A stretch of 64,000 bases of DNA, taken from Bacteroidota bacterium. Lineage in GTDB: Bacteria; Bacteroidota; Bacteroidia; B-17B0; Aurantibacillaceae. The notes under the pieces were generated by a model. That model worked only from the letters and a program-made list of their open reading frames with translations. It had not been told where the DNA came from and did not search any database. This document shows, in pieces, positions 36,128 through 46,958 of this stretch. How positions within the stretch are numbered: the stretch's first letter is position 1; each line of letters opens with the position of its first letter. The stretch spans positions 16,344-80,343 of the forward strand of contig JANYEQ010000069.1 in the NCBI GenBank assembly GCA_025363015.1. Reading direction: 5' to 3'. A program made the translations under genes and the position numbers.

Positions 36128-38041
36128 ATGTGCGGCATAGCTGGTATAATTTTAAAACACCCTGCTAATTTTAATTTAACTCAAAAAATTAAAAATATGG
36201 CTCAAACCATATACCACCGTGGGCCTGATGGCGAGGGCTTTTTAATAGCAAATGAAAATACTACTACTCCTTTTTTTGATACTTTAAGTACCAATTATTC
36301 TCGTAACGATTTAAAATTTATACCTCAACAACACATTTCAAATGCAAATGCAAACTCTTTTTTAGCGTTTGCCCATAGGCGCTTGGCTATTATTGATTTA
36401 AGCGAAACAGGGCATCAACCCATGTGTACTCTTGATGCAGAATTATGGATAACGTTTAATGGCGAAATTTATAATTACCTTGAATTAAAAGCCGAATTAA
36501 AAAATGCTGGCTACACGTTTTATACCCAAAGCGATACCGAAGTGATTCTAAACGCTTATAAACATTGGGGGCAAAATTGCGTTAGTAAATTTAATGGCAT
36601 GTGGGCGTTTTGTATTTATGATACCAAACAACAACTTTGTTTTGCAAGCCGCGATAGACTTGGTGTAAAACCTTTTTATTACCTTAATAATACGGCTATT
36701 TTTGCTTTTGCCAGCGAACAAAAAGCCTTTGTAAAAAGTGGCTTAATAACAGCTACTATTAATAAAAAAGCTTTACACAGTTATTTAGTAAATAGTTTAA
36801 TTGAAAACGAAGCAGCAAATTTTTTTGAAGAAGTCACTGAATTATTTCCTGGAAATAATTTAGTATACAATTTAAATACCAAACAAATTAATATTAAAAA
36901 TTACTATAATTTACAAACTACTGCAAATTTAAGTAATGATGCATTAAGTGAAAATGAATTAATAGAAAAAATTAATTATACTTTTGAAAATGCTGTAAAA
37001 TTACGTTTACGTAGCGATGTAGAAGTTGGCACTTGCCTAAGTGGCGGCATAGATAGTAGTGCGTTGGCCGTTACAATGGCACAATATACCAATAAGCCTG
37101 TAAATTGTTTTACTGCTATTTTTAAAAATCAAACCATTAACGAAGAGCCGTTTGCCAATTTAGTTTCGACACACATAAATGCTAAACATTTTAAAGTTGA
37201 ACCAACGTATGATGGTTTTTTAACCGATGTAAATAGTTTAATTTATTCGCAAGATGTACCCATTTGGAGTACCAGTACGTATGCACAGCATAAGGTAATG
37301 CAATTAGCCCAACAACATCATATAAAAGTAGTGTTAGATGGGCAAGGGGCTGATGAATTATTTGCAGGCTACCACCATCACTTTTTAGCTCAATGGAATA
37401 ATTTAATAACAACTACTAATTACAGTGCTGCATTTACTCAAATTAATGTGGCTAAAAAAACAATTAAACACCCATTTTTATTTTTTGTAAAAGAGCGCAT
37501 TAAACAAAAACACAACTTTAATTTAAAACAAGTACACCAGCTATTTAATGCCGATTTTTTAACTAGTAATACCATTAATAATCCATCCGTTTATTTTAAT
37601 ACAGTAAACACCCAATTGCTAAGCGATATTTACGATACCCGTTTAAAATCGTTTTTAAAGTGTGAAGACCGCTGTGGCATGTGGCATAGTGTTGAGAGCC
37701 GCACCCCCTTTGCTGATGATGTTGAATTAATAAATTTATTATTTTCGTTTAATGGAAATAAAAAAATAAAAAATGGTGTATCAAAATATTTATTACGCCA
37801 AGCTTTAAAGCCAAAATTACCCACACAAATTTATAATCGCCACGATAAAAAAGGCTTTGAAACGCCTATGAATAAATGGATGTTACAGCTGATGCCACAA
37901 TTATTATCAGAAGTAAAACAACAACAATTTGATTTTATAAATTACAAAATGCTTAATAATATAAGCAAACCTAATACTGCACAAAGCAACTTACTGTTTA
38001 AGTTATTTGTATTGGGTAGATGGAAAACTGTTTTTGAATAA
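36128..38041 (+). CDS. asnB: Asparagine synthase (glutamine-hydrolysing)-family amidotransferase
   Basis: MCGIAG, HRGPDG, HRRLAIID, FNGEIYNY, RDRLGVKP, LSGGIDSS, DGQGADELFAGY, ESRTPF. Confidence 0.93.
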   Translation: MCGIAGIILKHPANFNLTQKIKNMAQTIYHRGPDGEGFLIANENTTTPFFDTLSTNYSRNDLKFIPQQHISNANANSFLAFAHRRLAIIDLSETGHQPMCTLDAELWITFNGEIYNYLELKAELKNAGYTFYTQSDTEVILNAYKHWGQNCVSKFNGMWAFCIYDTKQQLCFASRDRLGVKPFYYLNNTAIFAFASEQKAFVKSGLITATINKKALHSYLVNSLIENEAANFFEEVTELFPGNNLVYNLNTKQINIKNYYNLQTTANLSNDALSENELIEKINYTFENAVKLRLRSDVEVGTCLSGGIDSSALAVTMAQYTNKPVNCFTAIFKNQTINEEPFANLVSTHINAKHFKVEPTYDGFLTDVNSLIYSQDVPIWSTSTYAQHKVMQLAQQHHIKVVLDGQGADELFAGYHHHFLAQWNNLITTTNYSAAFTQINVAKKTIKHPFLFFVKERIKQKHNFNLKQVHQLFNADFLTSNTINNPSVYFNTVNTQLLSDIYDTRLKSFLKCEDRCGMWHSVESRTPFADDVELINLLFSFNGNKKIKNGVSKYLLRQALKPKLPTQIYNRHDKKGFETPMNKWMLQLMPQLLSEVKQQQFDFINYKMLNNISKPNTAQSNLLFKLFVLGRWKTVFE

Positions 38042-38323
38042 AGTAAAATAAAAAAATTGCTACTATAAAGCTGTGCCTTTAGAAAGCAAAGTTATAATGA
38101 TAATTTTAAAGTATAATTAATAATGCTTAAACATTGAAAAATAAATTTAAAATATAATACTTTAAAAAATAAAAAATGCAATTAGATTACTTTGAAAAAA
38201 ATTATTAATATAATTTTAAACAGAAAGTGTAAGAATATTAATGATACTAGAACAGATAAATACGGAAATTCAGGAAAATTTACATTAACTCAAGTTTCAA
38301 ATTAAAAACGGTAAAATATAGAC

Positions 38324-39595
38324 CTACTTCATTCTGATAGTTTGGCTTCTATCGGGTCCTACCGAAACAATTGAAATAGGAGTATTTACAGCTTTTTCAA
38401 TATAACTAACGTATTCCAATAACTCTTTTGGTAATTTGGCTTTACTATCCATTTGGGTTAAATCCACATTCCAACCTTTTAGTGGTGTGGTAATCGGCGT
38501 TAAATATTTTGCATCAATATTATAAGGTAAATAATCTATAACTTTCCCATTATGGTTGTAATGCGTACACACTTCAATAGTATTAAAATCACTTAAAATA
38601 TCGGCTTTCATCATCATTAATTCAGTAACGCCATTTACCATAATGGCATATTTTAAAGCAGGTATATCTAACCAACCCGTGCGGCGAGGCCTGCCAGTAG
38701 TACTGCCAAACTCGCGCCCAATTTGTCTAATTTTTTCGCCCGTTTCGTTTTCTAATTCAGTAGGAAAAGGGCCACTACCCACACGTGTGCAATAAGCTTT
38801 AAAAATACCTATTACATTGCCAATTTTGTTTGGGGCAATGCCTAAGCCGTTACAAGCCCCAGCACATATAGTATTGCTACTGGTAACAAAAGGATAAGAA
38901 CCAAAGTCAACATCTAACAAACTGCCTTGTGCACCTTCGGCTAATACTTTTTTACCATTTTGCATAGCAGTATTTAAATAGTGCTCAGTATCTACAAATT
39001 GTAATTTTTTAAGGCTTTCAATGGCTTCAAACCAAGTAGGCTCTAGTTCTGATAAATTGTAATCGAAATTATAAAACGATAAAAGTTGTTTGTGTTTTTC
39101 AACTAAGGTATTGTATTTTTCTTTAAACTCGTTGGTTTCTATATCGCCAATACGTAGGCCATTACGCCCCGTTTTATCCATATAAGTTGGCCCAATACCT
39201 TTTAAGGTTGAACCAATTTTGTTTTTACCTTTTGCCGCTTCGCTGGCGGCATCAATTAAACGATGGGTTGGTAAAATTAAATGGGCGCGTTTACTAATTA
39301 ATAATTTTGCTGAAACATCAACGCCTAATGAGGCTAAAGCATCAATTTCTTTTTTAAAAATTACGGGGTCAATTACAACACCATTACCCACAATATTAAT
39401 AGCCGTTGGGTGAAAAATACCACTTGGTATGGTATGTAACACATGCTTTATACCGTTAAATTCTAAGGTATGCCCTGCATTTGGTCCACCTTGAAAGCGT
39501 GCAATTATATCGTAACTGGGGGTTAACACATCTACAATTTTTCCTTTGCCTTCATCGCCCCATTGTAAACCTAAAAGTACGTCTGCTTTATTCAT
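38324..39595 (-). CDS. purA: Adenylosuccinate synthetase
   Basis: LQWGDEGKGK, QGGPNAGHT, EGAQG, GSTTGRPRRTGW. Confidence 0.98.
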   Translation of the reverse strand: MNKADVLLGLQWGDEGKGKIVDVLTPSYDIIARFQGGPNAGHTLEFNGIKHVLHTIPSGIFHPTAINIVGNGVVIDPVIFKKEIDALASLGVDVSAKLLISKRAHLILPTHRLIDAASEAAKGKNKIGSTLKGIGPTYMDKTGRNGLRIGDIETNEFKEKYNTLVEKHKQLLSFYNFDYNLSELEPTWFEAIESLKKLQFVDTEHYLNTAMQNGKKVLAEGAQGSLLDVDFGSYPFVTSSNTICAGACNGLGIAPNKIGNVIGIFKAYCTRVGSGPFPTELENETGEKIRQIGREFGSTTGRPRRTGWLDIPALKYAIMVNGVTELMMMKADILSDFNTIEVCTHYNHNGKVIDYLPYNIDAKYLTPITTPLKGWNVDLTQMDSKAKLPKELLEYVSYIEKAVNTPISIVSVGPDRSQTIRMK

Positions 39596-39734
39596 TTTTA
39601 AAATATAAAATTAAGTAGCAAATTTATTATAAAACAAAGGGCAATGCACTTGTTTTAATAACTTTTTAATAATTATGTTTTGGAAATAATAAATTAAATG
39701 TGTTGTACCCAAGTAAATAGCTATGTGGTTACGT

Positions 39735-41015
39735 TTAATTTAGTACAATTAAGTAATAATTTTTTTTACCTTTTTGTACTAAAATATATTTTTGATTTAT
39801 TAAATCGTTGTTAGTTACTACTATATCGTGTTGTTGTATTTTTTGTTTATTTATACTTACACCGCCCCCAGCAATTAGTTTACGTGCCTCACTTTTACTT
39901 GGTGCTATTTGTGTATGCTCGGCTAATAAATCAATTATATTTATACCAGTTTGTAAATTGGTAGTTGTAATTTTAAATTGTGGTACACCATCAAATACAT
40001 CTAAAAAAGTAGTTTCATCTAAGGCAGTTAAATCATTCATACTGCCATTAAATAATACTTGGCTAGTTTCTACAGCTAAGTTATAATTAGCCTCGCCATG
40101 CACCATTAGAGTTACTTCTTTACACAATGTTTTTTGTAAAAGGCGTTTACCTTTATCTAAAGTATGTTCTGTAATTAAATTTTCTATTTCTTGTTTTGAT
40201 AAAAATGTAAATAGTTTTATAAAATTTTCAGCATCTTCATCAGGCGTATTAATCCAAAATTGATAAAATTTATAAGGACTTGTTTTTGTTTTATCTAACC
40301 AAATGTTTCCGCCCTCGCTTTTGCCAAATTTTGTACCATCGGCTTTTTTAATAAGTTGGGTTGTTAATGCAAAGGCATCGGCTCCACTTTTGCGTCTAAT
40401 TAATTCAGTACCGCTTGTAATATTACCCCATTGGTCGCTACCGCCCATTTGTAGTTTGCAATTTTTATGTTGGTTTAAATAATAAAAATCGTAGCCTTGT
40501 AGTAATTGGTAACTAAATTCGGTAAAACTCATGCCGGTTTCTAAACGGTTTTTTACCGAATCTTTGGCCATCATGTAATTAACTGTTAAAAATTTACCAA
40601 TATCTCTAATAAAATTTATGAATGAATAATCTTTCATCCAATCGTAATTATTTACAAGCTCGGCACTATTTGTAGATGAATTAAAATCTAAAAACTGTTG
40701 TAATTGTTTTTTTATACCTTCAACATTTTTGTTTAAAGCCTCTTCGTCTAATAAATTACGTTCAGCGCTTTTACCACTTGGGTCGCCCACCATGCCTGTT
40801 GCGCCACCTACTAAGGCAATGGGTTTGTGCCCAGCTTTTTGAAAACGCATTAAGGTGATAATTTGTAATAGACTGCCAACGTGCAAACTATCGGCGGTGG
40901 GATCAAAGCCAATGTAGCCCGAAACAGATTGTTTTGACAATAATTCTTCGGTGCCTGGCATTATATCGTGCATTGCACCACGCCAGCGTAATTCTTCAAT
41001 AAATGAGTGTAACAT
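39735..41015 (-). CDS. tyrS: Tyrosine--tRNA ligase
   Basis: [12 protein letters not shown] (HIGH-like), [17 protein letters not shown]-terminal S4 domain. Confidence 0.98.
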   Translation of the reverse strand: MLHSFIEELRWRGAMHDIMPGTEELLSKQSVSGYIGFDPTADSLHVGSLLQIITLMRFQKAGHKPIALVGGATGMVGDPSGKSAERNLLDEEALNKNVEGIKKQLQQFLDFNSSTNSAELVNNYDWMKDYSFINFIRDIGKFLTVNYMMAKDSVKNRLETGMSFTEFSYQLLQGYDFYYLNQHKNCKLQMGGSDQWGNITSGTELIRRKSGADAFALTTQLIKKADGTKFGKSEGGNIWLDKTKTSPYKFYQFWINTPDEDAENFIKLFTFLSKQEIENLITEHTLDKGKRLLQKTLCKEVTLMVHGEANYNLAVETSQVLFNGSMNDLTALDETTFLDVFDGVPQFKITTTNLQTGINIIDLLAEHTQIAPSKSEARKLIAGGGVSINKQKIQQHDIVVTNNDLINQKYILVQKGKKNYYLIVLN

Positions 41016-41080
41016 AATTAGGCTAAAATTACAAAAATTTTAATGTGTTTTATAACTTGTTTAAACTTTAGTTTATAGCG

Positions 41081-42394
41081 TTACTCAATTTTTTCGCGAT
41101 ACAAAAATTTTTCTTGAGTACTTTCAAATGGGCGATAGACATAATAAATATAGCCATCTTTTATTTTAATTTTTTGAGCGCTGTGATGTTTTAATTTATA
41201 GGTTAGTATTTCCTTTCCTGTTTGGTAATTAATTTGTTTAATATAATGATGTTGATCTTTACTAAAAAAGGCATATACTTTATTTTCTATTTCATCTACA
41301 AATACCTGTTTTTTCCAGTCGCGCCAGTTTTTTGGGTGATGATAATTAATGCTTACGCTATCAATTAATTTATTTTTTTTGGTATAATGATATAAAAAAT
41401 TTGTGTAATGATTAAAAATACAAATTGTATCGTTTAGTATAAACAGCGGGGCATACAAGGGCTCGTAATACATACTGTGTGTAAAGCCACTCATTAATGC
41501 CGCAATAATTTTTTTATCTGTTTTATAGTAATCTGCAATTCTGCGGGCTTCTAGTTGGGCATGAGAGGGTAAATAATAATATTCTAAGTTATAAAGTTTC
41601 ATTAAATCTTGGTTGGTAATTGTTTGTAAGAAATGATGAATAGTATCGTTTTTATTTAAATAATAATAGTTAAATAAAGGGTATTTATCCCATTTATCGT
41701 TTACATAATAGTTGCCATTTGCTGTATCAATAATGGGTATTAGGTATTTATTAAAATCGTTTTTAAGTACTGGTATAATAAGTAATTCGTTATTCATTAC
41801 ATCTATTCTAAAAACAGAATCTTTACAAATAACATCGGTATAACCTTGGTAATCGTGAAAAAAATGAGTGGCTTCCCCCGCCTCTTTTGGTAATTCAAAA
41901 CTTGAATAAATTTTACCTGAATAATCTGCTAACTGAATTTTAGCATGATTTAAGTTTTTTTCGGCAGTTAATAACAGTAATTTATCTTCATAAAAATCAA
42001 AATCATAAATACTATAATTAGCTTTACCTACAAGTGTTTCGGGTTTATTAATGGCATAAATAGAAATGCTATCTAATATGTTTGTTTTTTGTTTTAATAC
42101 TATAAAAATAAAAACGGTATCACTTTTTAATGCTTTCATTTCTTTAATTATTGCTTGATACGAAACGTGAGTGATACTTAATTTATAATTTTGTTTTCTT
42201 AAAAGTGTTAAAGTAAACTCTCCTTTTAAGTTTGTTTGCGTTATATTAGGTAAGTTCAAGCATTTGATAACGCTATTTTGTATTGGCAAGTTTGTTTCTA
42301 CATCTTTTACAATACCTTTAATAATAGTAGTTTGAGCGTTTATACACAAAGCACATATACTAAAAAATAAAATTATATAACGGTTGTTTAGCAT
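41081..42394 (-). CDS. Exported protein with N-terminal carboxypeptidase-regulatory-like domain
   Basis: Signal peptide; IIKGIVKDVETNLPI...TQTNLKGEFTL...ITHVSY; remainder unassigned. Confidence 0.75.
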   Translation of the reverse strand: MLNNRYIILFFSICALCINAQTTIIKGIVKDVETNLPIQNSVIKCLNLPNITQTNLKGEFTLTLLRKQNYKLSITHVSYQAIIKEMKALKSDTVFIFIVLKQKTNILDSISIYAINKPETLVGKANYSIYDFDFYEDKLLLLTAEKNLNHAKIQLADYSGKIYSSFELPKEAGEATHFFHDYQGYTDVICKDSVFRIDVMNNELLIIPVLKNDFNKYLIPIIDTANGNYYVNDKWDKYPLFNYYYLNKNDTIHHFLQTITNQDLMKLYNLEYYYLPSHAQLEARRIADYYKTDKKIIAALMSGFTHSMYYEPLYAPLFILNDTICIFNHYTNFLYHYTKKNKLIDSVSINYHHPKNWRDWKKQVFVDEIENKVYAFFSKDQHHYIKQINYQTGKEILTYKLKHHSAQKIKIKDGYIYYVYRPFESTQEKFLYREKIE

Positions 42395-42428
42395 TTATTA
42401 TAAAGACGAAATTAAATTTTAATTCCAT

Positions 42429-42461
42429 AAAAAAACCTCAATCAAAAAATGATTGAGGTTT
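42429..42461 (-). terminator. Rho-independent terminator of ahcY
   Basis: AAACCTCAATCA-AAAAA-TGATTGAGGTTT (12-bp stem) with an adjacent A tract (U tract on the minus strand), 20 nt after the ahcY stop. Confidence 0.8.
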
Positions 42462-42481
42462 AAATATAAACTGTTTATTAT

Positions 42482-43801
42482 TTAATATCTGTAAGCGTCG
42501 CCTTTAAAAGGGCCCTCAACTTTAACACCAATATAGTCCGCTTGATCTGTATTTAAAGTATCTAACTCCACACCTATTTTTTCAAGGTGTAAACGCGCTA
42601 CTTTTTCATCTAAAATTTTTGGTAACACATATACTTTTTTCTCGTAAGCGGCTGTGTTTGTCCATAATTCTAATTGCGCTAACGTTTGGTTTGTAAATGA
42701 GTTACTCATTACAAAACTTGGGTGGCCAGTAGCACAACCTAAGTTTACTAAACGCCCTTCGGCTAAAACAATAATGTTTTTTCCTTTAATGGTGTATTGG
42801 TCAACTTGTGGTTTAATGGTATCTTTGGTACTACCATAGGTTTTGTTTAACCAAGCCATATCAATTTCTGTATCAAAATGGCCAATGTTACAAACAATAG
42901 CACCATGTTTCATACTTTCAAAATGACGGCCAACAACGATGTCTTTATTACCTGTTGTTGTAACAATGATATCTGCTTTTTTAACAGCATCATCCATTTT
43001 TTTAACTTCATATCCATCCATTGCGGCTTGTAAAGCACATATTGGATCGATTTCAGTAACCGTTACACGCACACCTTGCGATGATAATGATTGTGCCGAA
43101 CCTTTTCCAACATCGCCATAACCTGCAACAACTGCAATTTTACCAGCCATCATTACATCAGTTGCTCTACGAATTGCATCTACTAAAGATTCGCGACAAC
43201 CATACTTATTATCAAATTTTGATTTTGTAACCGAATCGTTAATGTTAATTGCAGGCACTAATAAAGTTCCGTTTTTCATTCGCTCATGTAAACGATGAAC
43301 ACCAGTGGTAGTTTCTTCGCTTAAGCCTTTAATACCAGCAGCTAATTCTGGGTATTTATCAAATACTAAATTAGTTAAATCGCCACCGTCATCTAAAATC
43401 ATATTTAAAGGTTTACGACCTTCGCCAAACCATAAGGTTTGCTCAATACACCAATCAAATTCTTCAGCATCCATGCCTTTCCAAGCATAAACTTGTATGC
43501 CCGCAGCAGCAATAGCAGCAGCAGCATGATCTTGTGTGCTAAAAATATTACACGAACTCCAAGTAACTTCTGCACCTAATTCTTTTAAGGTTTCAATTAA
43601 AACTGCAGTTTGTATCGTCATGTGTAAACAGCCAGCAATGCGTGCGCCTGCTAAGGGTTTACTTGCACCATATTCTTTACGTAGGCTCATTAAACCTGGC
43701 ATTTCTTCTTCGGCTAATTTAATTTCTTTTCGGCCCCACTCTGCTAAAGACATATCTTTAACTTTATGTACAATAAATTTTGTTGCTGTTGTCGTACTCA
43801 T
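42482..43801 (-). CDS. ahcY: S-adenosylhomocysteine hydrolase
   Basis: [63 protein letters not shown]. Confidence 0.98.
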   Translation of the reverse strand: MSTTTATKFIVHKVKDMSLAEWGRKEIKLAEEEMPGLMSLRKEYGASKPLAGARIAGCLHMTIQTAVLIETLKELGAEVTWSSCNIFSTQDHAAAAIAAAGIQVYAWKGMDAEEFDWCIEQTLWFGEGRKPLNMILDDGGDLTNLVFDKYPELAAGIKGLSEETTTGVHRLHERMKNGTLLVPAININDSVTKSKFDNKYGCRESLVDAIRRATDVMMAGKIAVVAGYGDVGKGSAQSLSSQGVRVTVTEIDPICALQAAMDGYEVKKMDDAVKKADIIVTTTGNKDIVVGRHFESMKHGAIVCNIGHFDTEIDMAWLNKTYGSTKDTIKPQVDQYTIKGKNIIVLAEGRLVNLGCATGHPSFVMSNSFTNQTLAQLELWTNTAAYEKKVYVLPKILDEKVARLHLEKIGVELDTLNTDQADYIGVKVEGPFKGDAYRY

Positions 43802-43840
43802 TTTATTTTTGTTTTTTTAGTTAATAAAAATTAAGGATTA

Positions 43841-43860
43841 CAAAGATATTAATAAGTTTG
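43841..43860. promoter_or_regulatory. Closely spaced divergent -7 elements for ahcY (-) and the PPTase gene (+)
   Basis: CAAAGATA at 43841-43848 (TATCTTTG on the minus strand) and TAAGTTTG at 43853-43860 (+), in an 80-nt intergenic gap. Confidence 0.5.
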
Positions 43861-43881
43861 TAATTATAAAAATGCTATTTT

Positions 43882-44457
43882 TTGGTTGAAATAAGAGATA
43901 TTAACCCCCATTTAAAGCTTGGAATACTGGATTTAGAAGGCTTTAGCCAATCTAAATCTATTTACCAAAAACGAGATTTAGAAAAAGCAGGGGCTAAATT
44001 TTTATTAGCTATTTTGTTAAAAACAGATGATTTTGAGTTAGAATATACTCCAGCCAATAAACCTTATTTAAAAAACAGAACCGAACATATCTCTATTTCG
44101 CACTCGCATAATAAGTTGGCCATTGTTTTAAATACAAAACAAAATACTGGAGTGGACATTGAGTTAGTAAGAGAAAAAATTTTGAATATAAAACGTAAAT
44201 TTTTAAATGATACTGAAAGTGCTTTTGCAAAAGATAATATTGAAACCCTTACCTTTATTTGGGCAGCAAAAGAAACTCTTTATAAAATATATGGCTTAAA
44301 AGGTTTAGATTTTAAACTACATTTAAGCATTGAAATAAATAATAAAACCAATACTTTTTTTGGAACTATACAACAACATACTTTTACAAAACGTTACCAA
44401 TTACAAAAAGAAAAATTACAAAATTATTGTTTAGTTTACGCCTTAGATGAAATTTGA
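43882..44457 (+). CDS. 4'-phosphopantetheinyl transferase family protein
   Basis: KPYL, ISISHSH, GVDIE, WAAKETLYK; TTG start. Confidence 0.88.
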   Translation: MVEIRDINPHLKLGILDLEGFSQSKSIYQKRDLEKAGAKFLLAILLKTDDFELEYTPANKPYLKNRTEHISISHSHNKLAIVLNTKQNTGVDIELVREKILNIKRKFLNDTESAFAKDNIETLTFIWAAKETLYKIYGLKGLDFKLHLSIEINNKTNTFFGTIQQHTFTKRYQLQKEKLQNYCLVYALDEI

Positions 44458-45163
44458 TGTATTTATAAAAAAATTAATTACTAGCAAAAAACCTTTGTTG
44501 GCAGTACTTATAGACCCTGATAAGTTTAATCCACAATTAATAACGCTTGCTAATAAAACTAAAGTAAGTTGCTTTTTGGTGGGTGGAAGCCAGTTAGAAA
44601 AGGGCGATATAAACAAAACAGTAAAAGCAATAAAAAAAGTATCAACTATTCCTGTAATTATTTTTCCAGGCGATGAAACACAATTGAGTAAATATGCTGA
44701 TGGCCTTTTACTACTAAGCTTACTCTCAGGGCGTAACCCCGATTATTTAATTGGTAAACACATTACTGCAGCCCCAATAATAAAAAAAATGCAGTTACCA
44801 CATTTACCTACCGCCTATATTTTAATTAATGGTGGTACGGTTTCGCAAACTCAAAAAGTAACTAATACACAACCACTAAACCCAAAAAACCAAATGTTAA
44901 TTATTAATACCTGCTTAGCCGCAGAGCAACTAGGTTTTAAAGCTATTTACTTAGAAGCTGGTAGCGGCGCTAGTTATAGCATATCAGCTCAACTAATTAA
45001 AAAAATAAAAAAGAATATTTTAATTCCCATAATTGTAGGTGGTGGTATTACTTCAGCTAAAAAAACGAAACAACTTTTAAATTCGGGTGCAAATATGTTA
45101 GTTGTTGGTAATATTTTAGAAAAAAATGTATATTTATTAACTGAAATAAATAATTGTTTATAG
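44447..45163 (+). CDS. pcrB: Geranylgeranylglyceryl/heptaprenylglyceryl phosphate synthase (PcrB family, group II type)
   Basis: LIDPDK, LVGGS, IIFPG, LSGRNPDYLIG, YILINGG, IYLEAGSGA, IVGGGI, VVGN. Confidence 0.88.
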   Translation: MKFDVFIKKLITSKKPLLAVLIDPDKFNPQLITLANKTKVSCFLVGGSQLEKGDINKTVKAIKKVSTIPVIIFPGDETQLSKYADGLLLLSLLSGRNPDYLIGKHITAAPIIKKMQLPHLPTAYILINGGTVSQTQKVTNTQPLNPKNQMLIINTCLAAEQLGFKAIYLEAGSGASYSISAQLIKKIKKNILIPIIVGGGITSAKKTKQLLNSGANMLVVGNILEKNVYLLTEINNCL

Positions 45164-45259
45164 TAAATTAACTAATTGTTATTATTGTTATAACAGAACT
45201 TGTAGTACTATGAATTTTTATAAAAAATAATTAAAGTTAAATAAGTTAAAATAAATGTA

Positions 45260-45892
45260 ATGAAGTTATTTATTGTTACTAATAATAAAGATATACCAGA
45301 CGAAACCGCACTTGTAACCAAAATGTTTGAGAGTGGTTTAACTACTTTACATTTGCGTAAACCTAAATATAGTACTAAGCAATTAGCTACTTATATTGAA
45401 GAAATTCCTGAACATTTTCATAATAGAATTGTTATTCATACCCACCATAAACTAGCACTAAAATATAGATTAAAAGGTATTCATTTAACAAGCACACATT
45501 TGAGTAAAAAATGGAAATATTTTTTTGTGCGCTTGCGCTTACGCTTAAAATTTGGTCTAATTTCAAAAAGCCGTAGTTATTTAAACTTACAACAGTTTTA
45601 TGCTAAAGAAGAATATAATTTTGATTACTTTTTAGTTGGCACTATTTTTAACAGTTTAACTGGCGAGTTATATAGCGGTTATTATGAAGAGGGTATAATT
45701 GCCGGACTTAAAAATTGTGGTAAAAAAATGGTAGCTCGTGGCGGCACCACACCCATGGTAATAAAAAGAACAAACCACTTGGGCTTTTATGGCATTGCAT
45801 TTAACTCATTTATTTGGGATCATGATTTACCTTATCAAAAATTTATAGAAATTTTAGAGGCCTTTAAATTAAATAATATTGAACTAGAATAA
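45260..45892 (+). CDS. Thiamine-phosphate synthase-like (ThiE/TenI) TIM-barrel protein
   Basis: GLTTLHLRKP, RIVIH, GIHL, DYFLVGTIFNS, MVARGG. Confidence 0.75.
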   Translation: MKLFIVTNNKDIPDETALVTKMFESGLTTLHLRKPKYSTKQLATYIEEIPEHFHNRIVIHTHHKLALKYRLKGIHLTSTHLSKKWKYFFVRLRLRLKFGLISKSRSYLNLQQFYAKEEYNFDYFLVGTIFNSLTGELYSGYYEEGIIAGLKNCGKKMVARGGTTPMVIKRTNHLGFYGIAFNSFIWDHDLPYQKFIEILEAFKLNNIELE

Positions 45893-45901
45893 TATATCAA
45901 A

Positions 45902-46456
45902 ATGAAAAACGTTCTGTTTCTTTCTCTTTTGTTTTGTATTTTATCATTTACTTTATTTTCTCAAACTGTTTATAAAAAATATACTAATACTACTGCTAAT
46001 TTTTCTCTACAATTACCACAAAATTGGGTTGTTTTAAACGATACCAAAGCCGAAAATAATATTGCTATTTGTGTACCAACCCTTGATAAAGAAAAAAAAG
46101 AATACGCCAATTGTTTTGAAGGTACCATATTTTATATAGAGAAATATAAAAGCGATTTAAATACTACTTTAAAAAATAAAGATTACATCATTAGTAACGA
46201 TAGCATTTTTACAAGCGATAGAATAAGCGATAAAGTAGTTGTTACTAAAATTCAAAAAAATAATTACAAAGGGGTTTATCATCAAAATGTTTGTGGTATA
46301 AGTTGTAATGATGGCACAGGTTTTCATGCTGTGGCTGGTAAATGCGATTATTTATATTTCTCACTGGGCAGCAAAACCATTTGTATTTATACAACTGGCA
46401 AGGCATTAAGCCCTTTAATTATAAAAAACATTATTGCTACATTTAAATTTATTTAA
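45902..46456 (+). CDS. Exported hypothetical protein
   Basis: Signal peptide; FSLQLPQNW resembles PsbP-like N-termini; several Cys. Confidence 0.6.
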   Translation: MKNVLFLSLLFCILSFTLFSQTVYKKYTNTTANFSLQLPQNWVVLNDTKAENNIAICVPTLDKEKKEYANCFEGTIFYIEKYKSDLNTTLKNKDYIISNDSIFTSDRISDKVVVTKIQKNNYKGVYHQNVCGISCNDGTGFHAVAGKCDYLYFSLGSKTICIYTTGKALSPLIIKNIIATFKFI

Positions 46457-46518
46457 TATTTTTTTAACTAACATTTTACGTTTATATTTTATATTTGTGT
46501 TATAAACTAAAAAATATT

Positions 46519-46956
46519 ATGGCAAGAGTAAACACCTATCTTAATTTTGCTCGAAATACAGAAGAAGCATTTAATTTTTATAAATCTATTTTTGGTGGCG
46601 AATTTAGCAACAATGGCATTGCCCGTTTTGGCGATATACCAGCCATGGAAGGAATGCCCCCGTTAGCCGAAGAAGATAAAAATTTAATAATGCATCTTGA
46701 ATTAGTAATAACAGGTGGACATGTATTAATGGGTACCGATGCGCCCGAAAGTATGGGCTTTAAAGTAAATTTTGGTAATAATGTACATATTAGTATTGAG
46801 CCCGATACACGTACCGAAACTAAAACATTATTTGATGCACTTTCGGCTGGAGGTAAGATAGAGCAAGATTTACAAGATATGTTTTGGGGTGCATATTACG
46901 GGTGCTTTACAGATAAATTTGGTGTACAATGGATGTTTAATTGCAATACAAAATAA
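46519..46956 (+). CDS. VOC/PhnB-like (glyoxalase superfamily) protein
   Basis: TYLNF...EEAFNFYKSIFGG, IMH, DMFWGAYYG..TDKFGVQWM; ATG at 46519. Confidence 0.9.
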   Translation: MARVNTYLNFARNTEEAFNFYKSIFGGEFSNNGIARFGDIPAMEGMPPLAEEDKNLIMHLELVITGGHVLMGTDAPESMGFKVNFGNNVHISIEPDTRTETKTLFDALSAGGKIEQDLQDMFWGAYYGCFTDKFGVQWMFNCNTK

Positions 46957-46958
46957 AA

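Noticed and set aside
38042-38323. Possible sRNA in long AT-rich intergenic regions (also 3036..3324)
   Set aside because: No stable stem, conserved motif or terminator was seen that would support a call.
43802-43881. SAH or SAM riboswitch upstream of ahcY
   Set aside because: The gap is 80 nt, almost all A/T and occupied by two -7 boxes, leaving no room for a structured leader.
45164-45259. TPP riboswitch upstream of the thiE-like gene
   Set aside because: No CTGAGA core or GC-paired stems; 96 nt of AT-rich sequence.
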